Below, in pieces: positions 1-7,211 of a DNA stretch of 46,594 nucleotides. Location: NCBI GenBank assembly GCA_020057185.1, contig JAGVGK010000045.1, positions 1 to 46,594 of the forward strand. Direction: 5' to 3'. How positions within the stretch are numbered: the stretch's first letter is position 1; every line of letters starts with the position of its first letter. The stretch comes from Minisyncoccota bacterium (GTDB lineage: Bacteria; Patescibacteriota; Minisyncoccia; Phycocordibacterales; JACOZG01). Made by a program: the position numbers and the translations under genes. Under the pieces are notes generated by a model. It worked only from the letters and a program-made list of their open reading frames with translations, was not told where the DNA came from and made no database searches.

Positions 1-116
1 AATCGCTCCGTTACCGGAGCGCTAATGAAGTGGCGAGAGAGTGTGGTATATTGAAATGATTAGTAATCGGGAAATTGCATTTCAGCCCAGAATTTACACG
101 ACCTAATTACCTCCCT

Positions 117-145
117 ATTATACACCCATCGGGTATAAAAGTCAA
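117..145 (-). promoter_or_regulatory. sigma70-type promoter TTGACT-N17-TATAAT firing out of the left edge of the window
   Basis: Minus strand reads ttgact-tttatacccgatgggtg-tataat; shares 16 identical nt (112-127) with the DGR target promoter (5148-5163). Confidence 0.6.
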
Positions 146-182
146 CCCGCCCGAACGACTGATATCGTTCAGTCAGGCGGGT
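145..182. repeat. REP-like inverted repeat / hairpin downstream of secF
   Basis: acccgcc...ggcgggt outer stem and gaacga...tcgttc inner stem. Confidence 0.55.
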
Positions 183-207
183 AGGCCAAAAGTGGCTTAT
201 AATATAG

Positions 208-1107
208 TTATTTTGAACGACTGGAAAATTTTTGCCAGACGACGAGGAGGGGTGAGGCGATGAAGATTGAGGAGTAGGTACCGACGAGGACACCGATTGC
301 CATCAGGAGGGAGAAGTCGCGGGTGGCGGACGCGCCGTAGAGGAAGAGGATGACGAGGACGAAAATGATGGTGAGGGAGGTGTTGATCGAACGGGAAAAA
401 GTTTGTGATAAACTCTGACCAACCGTCTCGGCGAAGTTCGGACTGATATTTTTTTTCAAATTCTCGCGAATCCGATCGAACACCACGATCGTATCGTGAA
501 CGGAAATTCCTAAAATTGTCAAAAGGCCAGTGAGAAAAAGCGCATCCGCTTCATAGCCACGCACCGCGCCGAGATAAGAAAAAACGCCCGTGGGGATAAT
601 CAAATCGTGGAGCAGTGCGATGAAAGCGACAATCCCATACTTCCACGAGCTCACGGGACGCGAAACTTTGCGGAAAGCGAAAGCGATAAAAAGAATAATT
701 AAAACCACGACCAGAATAATTGCCAGAATCCCCCGTCGCGCCAGTTCCTTCCCAATCGTCGGCCCGATTGAACTGAAGCGTTTCTCAGTCGGCGCTAATT
801 TATCCGCTCCGACCGGCAAGGCTTTTACCACCGTCACATGTTCGGCGTCGGTGAGCGTTTTCGAGCGAATAATAATGTCTTGGTCGCCAGCTAGTTGCAC
901 CGACATCGAGCCAAGATCAAGTTTGTTTAATGCCTCACGCACTTGATCAGCCGTCGGCCGATCACTTGAGTACGAAACTTCGAGAATCGAACCGCCGGTA
1001 AAATCAGTCCCGAGTTTGAGTCCATAATTCCAGAACGACCACAACGAAGCCACAATTAAAATACCTGAGAGTAAGAAGAAAAAATTTTTGTATTTAATGA
1101 CGAACAT
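208..1107 (-). CDS. secF: protein translocase subunit SecF
   Basis: LGTDFTGGS motif, IGPTIGKEL, HDTIVVFDRIREN, multiple TM helices; directly downstream of secD. Confidence 0.97.
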   Translation of the reverse strand: MFVIKYKNFFFLLSGILIVASLWSFWNYGLKLGTDFTGGSILEVSYSSDRPTADQVREALNKLDLGSMSVQLAGDQDIIIRSKTLTDAEHVTVVKALPVGADKLAPTEKRFSSIGPTIGKELARRGILAIILVVVLIILFIAFAFRKVSRPVSSWKYGIVAFIALLHDLIIPTGVFSYLGAVRGYEADALFLTGLLTILGISVHDTIVVFDRIRENLKKNISPNFAETVGQSLSQTFSRSINTSLTIIFVLVILFLYGASATRDFSLLMAIGVLVGTYSSIFIASPLLVVWQKFSSRSK

Positions 1108-1113
1108 AGTGAA

Positions 1114-1140
1114 TTAGCTATTAGCTTTTAGCTGTTAGGT
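1114..1140. repeat. heptamer tandem repeat (TTAGCTN)x3 plus partial unit in the secD-secF spacer
   Basis: ttagcta ttagctt ttagctg ttaggt. Confidence 0.7.
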
Positions 1141-2493
1141 AGAAAAACCGGAACCAAACAAGAAACGATTCAGCCGATTGGTGTGATGAACGCCGATCGC
1201 CAAGAGGAAAGTGCGAGTAATGCTAATCGCCGTCAACATACTAATCAACACACCGATCGCGAGCGTGAGGGCGAAACCGCGCACCAAACTCGTCCCGAAC
1301 CAAAAGAGAATCAGCGCAGAGATGATGGTCGCGAGATTAGAATCACGAATCGACGCCCACGCCCGTGAGAAGCCGTGACTGATCGCGTCGTGCATATTCT
1401 CGGTGTGACGCATCTCTTCCTTCAGGCGCGCGAAAATAAGAATATTCGCGTCCACCGCCATCCCGACCGAAAGAATGAAACCGGCCATGCCGGCGACGGT
1501 GAGCGTCACCGGCAGGAGTTTGAAAATTGCCAGCATCAGCGACACATAAATCCCGAGTGAGAGGACCGCGAGCACGCCGTTGATGCGATACCAGAGAATC
1601 ATAAACACCGCGACGAGAAGCAGGCCGATAATCCCCGCTCGCACCCCGCGATCAAGTGCTTCTTGGCCAAGCGTCGCGCCGATCGTCTCCGTCGAAACTA
1701 ATTTAATCGGCACGGGTAAAGCCCCGAGATTGAGATTGCGAACCAAGGTGCGCGCTTCTTCAACAGTAAAGTCACCCGAGATTTCAGCTCGACCATCCTT
1801 AATCTCCTCGCGCACAACTGGCGCGGAGAGAAGTTCGCCATCAAGATAAATACCAATGCGCTTATCCACATTCTCTTTCGTTAATTTGGCAAAAATATCG
1901 CCCCCCGTCTGATCGAACTCCACCGAAATGGTCGGGTTAATTGACTGACTGCTGAATTGCACTTGCGCCCGCTTGAGATATCGGCCAGTGAGCTCACTCG
2001 GAATGAAATCGGGATTTTCCGCCAGCAACGGATTCGGCGTAATCGCTCCGCCCTTCGCCATTTCCACCCGCGCCGTTTCGATCGCCTTCTTTATCGCTTC
2101 CTTCTCCGGCCCGTCCGGCCGTTCAATTTTGAATTCGAGGACTGGGGTAACACCGATCACTTTAAGGGCCTCTTCTACATCTGTCACGCCAGGTAATTCG
2201 ATGATCAAGCGGTGTGCCCCACTCCCGCCAATTCCAACTTGCTCAACTTGGATCAAAGGTTCGCGAACACCGAAAGTGTTCACCCGCCTTTCAACCACTT
2301 CGCGAAGCGAGGCCATCGCTTCGCCGACATCAACATCGGTTGGCAAAGCCGAGGTGTCGGCTTGATAGACCAAGTGACTTCCCTCGCGCAGGTCCAGACC
2401 GAGTTTGAATGGTCGAAGAGAAGACAGATCAAAATAGGTCAGCCCCAAGCCGAAGAGAATTAAGATCACTGCAATTATCCGCCGACGGGTCAT
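1135..2493 (-). CDS. secD: protein translocase subunit SecD
   Basis: LGLDLREG, RRVNTFGVREP, GALPVP, GMAVDANILIF motifs. Confidence 0.97.
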   Translation of the reverse strand: MTRRRIIAVILILFGLGLTYFDLSSLRPFKLGLDLREGSHLVYQADTSALPTDVDVGEAMASLREVVERRVNTFGVREPLIQVEQVGIGGSGAHRLIIELPGVTDVEEALKVIGVTPVLEFKIERPDGPEKEAIKKAIETARVEMAKGGAITPNPLLAENPDFIPSELTGRYLKRAQVQFSSQSINPTISVEFDQTGGDIFAKLTKENVDKRIGIYLDGELLSAPVVREEIKDGRAEISGDFTVEEARTLVRNLNLGALPVPIKLVSTETIGATLGQEALDRGVRAGIIGLLLVAVFMILWYRINGVLAVLSLGIYVSLMLAIFKLLPVTLTVAGMAGFILSVGMAVDANILIFARLKEEMRHTENMHDAISHGFSRAWASIRDSNLATIISALILFWFGTSLVRGFALTLAIGVLISMLTAISITRTFLLAIGVHHTNRLNRFLFGSGFST

Positions 2494-2531
2494 ATAATGT
2501 TATGGACGCTATTATAACTACTCGTCATAAT

Positions 2532-3524
2532 TTAGCAAATAGCATTCAAAATCTGGATTTTTAATTTGTAAGTATTTCCGTGATTAATTAACCCTAAATA
2601 AGACGCAATAGTTTCTCTTCTTTTTTCTTGTCGTTCGATATTTTTAAACATCCTTCGTCTTGTCGCCCGTCTCAACACTCGATGATCAGGAAAATGCACC
2701 CAGCCAAGGAAATCAATTCCCGAAGCGAGGGTTTTGATTGAAATTTTGTCTGGGTGTAAAACGAGTTTAAGATTCTGTAACAAAAAATAATTTAGTTCGG
2801 ATAAAATAATTAGGAGCCAGTTTTTATCTTGGCTCATCACCACAAAATCATCGGCGTAGCGCAAATAATATCTGGCCTTGATTTTATTTTTTACAAACTG
2901 ATCTAGTTGATTAAGATAAACATTGGCAAAGAGTTGAGAAGTTAAATTACCCAGAGGCAGTCCAACCCCATTTTGAGTAGAATGAAAACTTCGAATAATT
3001 TTAGATAAAAGAAATAGGGTATCGGCATCAAAAACATAATCTTTAATGATTTCAACCAAGGTGTCGTGATCAATCGAAGCAAAAAATTTCCGGACATCAC
3101 ATTTAAGCACCCAAACAGTTTTGGTGTGATTCTTTGAAACTTGGTGCGCCAAAGATCGAAAGCGGTCGAGCGCTTTATGCGTCCCCTTACCAAACCGACA
3201 AGAATACGAATCATAAATGAAAGTTCGATCAAAGAATGGATAAAGAATTCGATAGAGGGCGCGGTGAAGAAGTCTATCTCTGACACTAGCTTTGTGGATA
3301 CTCCTCGGTTTCGGATCCGAAACACGGAAAGCTTCATAATTGGCGTGCTGATAGGTTTTTGATTTGAGATCATTGTGAAGAGACAACAAATTATCCATTA
3401 GATTTAGCTCAAACATTTGAACATCATGACGAGACCGCTTCCCGCTCGCAAATTCTCGCCACGCTTCGAGAAGATTTTCGAGCGATATGATACGATCATA
3501 GCCATGACTAAAAATTATTCTCAT
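2532..3524 (-). CDS. DGR reverse transcriptase (~330 aa; ATG at 3524 preferred over the ORF-track start at 3572)
   Basis: KPRSIH, RDRLLHRAL, LKCDVRKFFASIDH, GLPLGNLTSQ (DGR-type SQ), RYADDFV, GIDFLGW; no maturase or endonuclease extension. Confidence 0.95.
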   Translation of the reverse strand: MRIIFSHGYDRIISLENLLEAWREFASGKRSRHDVQMFELNLMDNLLSLHNDLKSKTYQHANYEAFRVSDPKPRSIHKASVRDRLLHRALYRILYPFFDRTFIYDSYSCRFGKGTHKALDRFRSLAHQVSKNHTKTVWVLKCDVRKFFASIDHDTLVEIIKDYVFDADTLFLLSKIIRSFHSTQNGVGLPLGNLTSQLFANVYLNQLDQFVKNKIKARYYLRYADDFVVMSQDKNWLLIILSELNYFLLQNLKLVLHPDKISIKTLASGIDFLGWVHFPDHRVLRRATRRRMFKNIERQEKRRETIASYLGLINHGNTYKLKIQILNAIC

Positions 3525-3918
3525 GATGGTAATGTTACCCCCCCCGACGCTTTTGCCACTGCTCCAACACACAAAAGGTGCTTACCTAATATGGTATGGC
3601 TACTACCAGACATTACCGAAAACTCATCGACACTCTCTGGGCCAAAGAATTGACACATTGTTTGTAGAAATTATGGAAGCCATCGCCGCGGCTGGATTTT
3701 TATCACGGGAAGAGAAACCCCCTTATGTCCGACTGGCTATTCGCAAAACGGACACGCTAAAAGTATTACTGATGGTGTTGTGGGAAACTAAATCTCTTGA
3801 TAGCAAAAAATATATCGCTATTTCTCTGAAAATAAACGGGGTCGGAAAAATGCTCGGTGGTTGGAACGGACAACTCTTAAAACAAAACTCCCTCGGCAAT
3901 AAACCGAAGGAGAAATGA
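3523..3918 (+). CDS. avd: Avd-like four-helix-bundle accessory variability determinant (start could be 3523, 3526 or 3532)
   Basis: ~130 aa basic helical protein with LPKTHRHSLGQRID and GKMLGGW motifs; lies between TR and RT. Confidence 0.88.
   Translation: MMVMLPPPTLLPLLQHTKGAYLIWYGYYQTLPKTHRHSLGQRIDTLFVEIMEAIAAAGFLSREEKPPYVRLAIRKTDTLKVLLMVLWETKSLDSKKYIAISLKINGVGKMLGGWNGQLLKQNSLGNKPKEK
3879..3912 (-). terminator. putative intrinsic terminator of the TR RNA, embedded antisense in the 3' end of avd
   Basis: Minus strand ctccttcgg-tttattg-ccgagggag followed by ttttgtttt. Confidence 0.6.
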
Positions 3919-3926
3919 AGCGAGTA

Positions 3927-4049
3927 GCGAGCACAGCCGCGGGGTTGTTGACGTTCCAGTCGTTGTCGAGCCAGTTGTAGCTCCAGTTCCACCTGTCGCC
4001 GTTCCAGCAGAGGTAACGGACGTAGAGGTCGTCATCCGAGTTGCGGTTG
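3927..4049 (-). repeat. DGR template repeat (TR)
   Basis: 123-bp ungapped match to 4417-4539 (offset 490); 17 mismatches, all A in TR on the minus strand; 9 AAC codons in the VR reading frame. Confidence 0.97.
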
Positions 4050-4299
4050 CGTACAAGGTATCATCTATGCCACTGCCCCCAGTTTACTAAAATAGCAAAC
4101 CAAAAGCTGTATCGTATTCGTGATCGATAATCACTTAATACCCTGCACCAAGTAGCTTCATTTTTTGAAGTGTCTGCATACACCACTCTACCCAAAACCA
4201 TAGTCGTGAGTATTCTCGATGTATGGATACTGGGTTCGGTAGCGAGCAACCTTGATCGCCCGCATATTCACCTACTACCGCAACTATATTATCACAAAC

Positions 4300-4348
4300 A
4301 AAAAGAACCCCGCATCTTATCTGTGGTTAAACAGAAAAAATGCGGGGT
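4300..4348 (-). terminator. intrinsic terminator of the DGR target gene
   Basis: 18-bp inverted repeat 4307-4324 / 4331-4348 (2 mismatches) followed by a T-rich run on the minus strand. Confidence 0.75.
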
Positions 4349-4376
4349 CCGAGGACTAAGATCAAAGTGTCCAAGT

Positions 4377-4982
4377 TCAGTTTAGGACACAGTGACCGAG
4401 TCCACAGTGCGAACTTGCGAGCACAGCCGCGGGGTAGCTGACGCCCCAGTCGACGCCGAGCCAGTCGTAGCGCCAGAACCACCCGTCGCCGTACCAGCAG
4501 AGGAAACGGACGTAGAGGTCGCCATCCGAGTCGCGGTAGATAGTCCCCCAGAAGTAAACACGCTGGGTTTTCCATTCTTCGGGGATAAGCTCGGGATGCT
4601 TGAGTAGGAAGTCCAGCACATTGGCGTTCAGAACCCTCTGGCTCTTGAGTACCTCGCGTAGAACATCCCCCTTCATCCATTTGCCATCCTTCTGGTCGTC
4701 AGCGATATAAAGGGTGACGAGCGACTCTGTCCATTTGATAGGAACACCCTTCTGGTGTTCCTCCACCTTCCAACCCTCGGGCAGGAAGGGATCGGCGCAG
4801 CAGTCAATCACATGGTTGGCTTCCTTCGCCTCCCATATTCCCTTGAGGACATTGCGAACCCAAGCGAGATTGTCTCCCGTCGAGAGTTGCTTGACCAGCG
4901 CGGCATCCCATTTGCCCACTCGATTCATCGCCATTTCAAGCTCGTGCGCTTGACCGACACCCATTGTGAAGTCGTTAGACAT
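4377..4982 (-). CDS. DGR target protein (201 aa) with C-terminal variable region, probable C-type-lectin-like fold
   Basis: AGAAAGGAG Shine-Dalgarno before ATG at 4982; C-terminal YRDSDGDLYVRFLCWYGDGWFWRYDWLGVDWGVSYPAAVLA is encoded by the VR; fold is inferred from DGR precedent. Confidence 0.92.
   Translation of the reverse strand: MSNDFTMGVGQAHELEMAMNRVGKWDAALVKQLSTGDNLAWVRNVLKGIWEAKEANHVIDCCADPFLPEGWKVEEHQKGVPIKWTESLVTLYIADDQKDGKWMKGDVLREVLKSQRVLNANVLDFLLKHPELIPEEWKTQRVYFWGTIYRDSDGDLYVRFLCWYGDGWFWRYDWLGVDWGVSYPAAVLASSHCGLGHCVLN
4417..4539 (-). repeat. DGR variable repeat (VR)
   Basis: Copy of TR with 9 A>G, 7 A>T and 1 A>C changes; GC-rich invariant 3' end, then divergent IMH-like tail. 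Confidence 0.97.
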
Positions 4983-5152
4983 AGCTAACTTCTCCTTTCT
5001 GTCGTGAGACTTGTTCACTCGAACTCGTCTCGTCCCTTGTTTACGGCTTAGCACAATGCTTCGCCACAGCAGAGAAAGGCCTATAATCTAAGCCGTTTTC
5101 TGCTATGGCGAAACGCAAGTTGGGTATCAAAGAACTTCTCTATTCTTTCCCT

Positions 5153-5181
5153 ATTATACACCCGTCACTAACACTTGTCAA
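5153..5181 (-). promoter_or_regulatory. consensus sigma70 promoter of the DGR target gene
   Basis: TTGACA (5181-5176), 17-bp spacer, TATAAT (5158-5153). Confidence 0.8.
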
Positions 5182-5251
5182 TAGTCCGTAATGGTTCATA
5201 ATAAGTCATACTAATTGTCTCCAAATGCAAACTGTGCTAGAGTGGTCGGAT

Positions 5252-5488
5252 ATGGAAATCATTAAAACGATTTTGCCGTGGGTGCAGATTATTGTCGCCA
5301 TTGCCGTGGTCGTCGCCATTCTGCTTCAACGCAATGACGCCGCTTTGGGCGGGGTCTTCGGTGGTAGTGGTAGTGTCGCTCATACGAAACGAGGTTTGGA
5401 GCGCGGTCTCTTCGTCACCACGGTGGTTTTGGCGATCCTTTTTGTGATCACCGCGATTCTCTCTTTTCTCCTTCAAGCCACCGTTTAG
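5252..5488 (+). CDS. secG: preprotein translocase subunit SecG
   Basis: Two TM segments flanking ILLQ...LGGVFGG...TKRGLE; ATG at 5252 preferred. Confidence 0.93.
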   Translation: MEIIKTILPWVQIIVAIAVVVAILLQRNDAALGGVFGGSGSVAHTKRGLERGLFVTTVVLAILFVITAILSFLLQATV

Positions 5489-5500
5489 TTAGATGGTCTT

Positions 5501-7204
5501 ATGCCTTTAAAAGATAAAATTGCCCGCACGGTGAGCATGATGCCACCGCCACGGAAAAAGCTTTTTGTTATTTGTCTCGCCGTTTTTCTTGTCGGGATTT
5601 TGACTCTCTTGTGGCTCACGAATCAAGCTTGGCTCGTGTCGGTGCCGGTTAGTGGTAGTCAATATATTGAAGGCCTCGTGTCTACGCCCCGTTTCATCAA
5701 TCCTCTGCTCGCGAGTACCGCCGTGGAACGAGACCTCACGACTTTGGTTTATTCCGGTCTTCTCCGTAGTAGTGGCACCGGCGAATTTATTCCAGATTTA
5801 GCCGAATCGTATACCGTTTCGCCCGATGGTTTAACTTACAACTTCACTCTGCGACCCAACTTAGTCTGGCACGATGGCGAACCAGTCACGGCCGACGATA
5901 TAATCTTTACCATCACCAAAGCTAAGGATCCGGCAATTAGAAGTCCTCGGCGCGCCAGTTGGGAAGGCGTAGAAGTGGAAAAAATTGACGCTCAACATTT
6001 CGTTTTCAAATTGAAACAACCCTACGCTCTTTTTTTGGAAAATCTAACGCTCGGCATCCTCCCCGCACACCGGTGGCAGAAAATCACCACCGCCGGTTTC
6101 TCCTCCACCAATCTTAATCTCGAACCCGTCGGCACTGGCCCCTACCAAATTTCAAACATCAAACGCGACAGCGATAATTTGCCGTTAACTTATACACTTA
6201 CGCCCTTCTCTCATTTCGCCCTTGGTGAACCAAAAATTGCAAAAGTTATTATTCATTTCTATCTGAATGAAGAGGCACTCTTGGGGGCTTATAATCGGGG
6301 CGAGATTGACGCGATCAACGCGATTGATTCTCTCACCGTTCGCGCCCTCGAAAAAAATGGTGCCCGCGTTTTGACCACTACTCTCCCGCGCGTCTTCGGC
6401 ATCTTTTTCAACCAGAATCAGCAAAAACTTTTTACGCGACCGGAAGTTCGCGCCGCACTCGACGCGGCGGTTGATCGTCAAGCTCTGGTCGCGGAAGTTT
6501 TTAGTAATTATGCCAAGCCCCTCACTGGACCATTGCCACTCACTTTATTCCCGGAGGCAACTTCTAATCAAGCCACGACCAGTCCGGATGAAATTCTGAA
6601 GCGCGCCGGTTGGCAAAAAAATGTTACCAGTGGTAAATGGGAACTGCCGACCAAAAAGAAAGGCGAAGTTCCCCTCGCTTTGCGCTTCACCTTAACAACT
6701 TCCGACACACCAGAGCTCAAGGGGGTCGCCGAGTTGGTGAAGCAGAATTGGGAAGCGTTCGGTGCCACCGTTGATCTAAAAATCTTCGAATTGGGGGCGC
6801 TCAACGAGGTCATTATCCGACCGCGCGATTATGAGGCCCTCCTCTTCGGCGAAATTGTCGGCCGGAATCCTGATCTCTACTCCTTCTGGCACTCTGCTCA
6901 ACGACTTGATCCGGGTCTCAATATTGCCCTCTACACCAACATCACAGTTGACAAAATTCTAGATGAGATTAAAGTGGCTAGTACAACTGACCGCCGGGCT
7001 TCGGCTTATCAAGCTTTCGACACCGAAATTCGGAAGGATAAGCCAGCGGTTTTCCTCTACGCCCCTGATTTCTTGTATCTCGTTCCCCGATCAGTGGAGG
7101 GTATTAATTTAGGAATTATTAACACACCAGCCGAACGTTTCTTAGGTATTTATAAATGGTATATTAAGACCGATAAAGTTTGGCCAATTTTCGTAAATGA
7201 TTAA
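5501..7204 (+). CDS. peptide/nickel ABC transporter substrate-binding protein (SBP family 5)
   Basis: N-terminal TM, PDLAESY, WHDGEPVTADD, PVGTGPY motifs. Confidence 0.9.
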   Translation: MPLKDKIARTVSMMPPPRKKLFVICLAVFLVGILTLLWLTNQAWLVSVPVSGSQYIEGLVSTPRFINPLLASTAVERDLTTLVYSGLLRSSGTGEFIPDLAESYTVSPDGLTYNFTLRPNLVWHDGEPVTADDIIFTITKAKDPAIRSPRRASWEGVEVEKIDAQHFVFKLKQPYALFLENLTLGILPAHRWQKITTAGFSSTNLNLEPVGTGPYQISNIKRDSDNLPLTYTLTPFSHFALGEPKIAKVIIHFYLNEEALLGAYNRGEIDAINAIDSLTVRALEKNGARVLTTTLPRVFGIFFNQNQQKLFTRPEVRAALDAAVDRQALVAEVFSNYAKPLTGPLPLTLFPEATSNQATTSPDEILKRAGWQKNVTSGKWELPTKKKGEVPLALRFTLTTSDTPELKGVAELVKQNWEAFGATVDLKIFELGALNEVIIRPRDYEALLFGEIVGRNPDLYSFWHSAQRLDPGLNIALYTNITVDKILDEIKVASTTDRRASAYQAFDTEIRKDKPAVFLYAPDFLYLVPRSVEGINLGIINTPAERFLGIYKWYIKTDKVWPIFVND

Positions 7205-7211
7205 ATAAAAA

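Larger units (their letters stand above)
2532..5181. mobile_element. diversity-generating retroelement (RT, avd, TR, target gene with VR)
   Basis: All canonical components present; TR/VR mismatches exclusively at TR adenines. Confidence 0.97.

Noticed and set aside
91-110. acacgacct as a sixth copy of the ACG-RT-CGT palindrome
   Set aside because: Core is incomplete and the flanks are not complementary.
2532-3572. RT as a group II intron, retron or CRISPR-associated RT; longer GTG start at 3572
   Set aside because: No maturase/endonuclease or Cas1 domain, and the SQ motif plus TR/VR pair identify a DGR. The extension to 3572 would overlap avd, so 3524 is preferred.
3723-4680. ORF-track entries over TR, spacer and VR (3723-3992, 4061-4249, 4170-4385, 4327-4680, 4382-4621, 4392-4607)
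   Set aside because: Alternative-frame or antisense shadows of the stop-poor TR/VR and non-coding RNA region; no SD or recognisable motifs.
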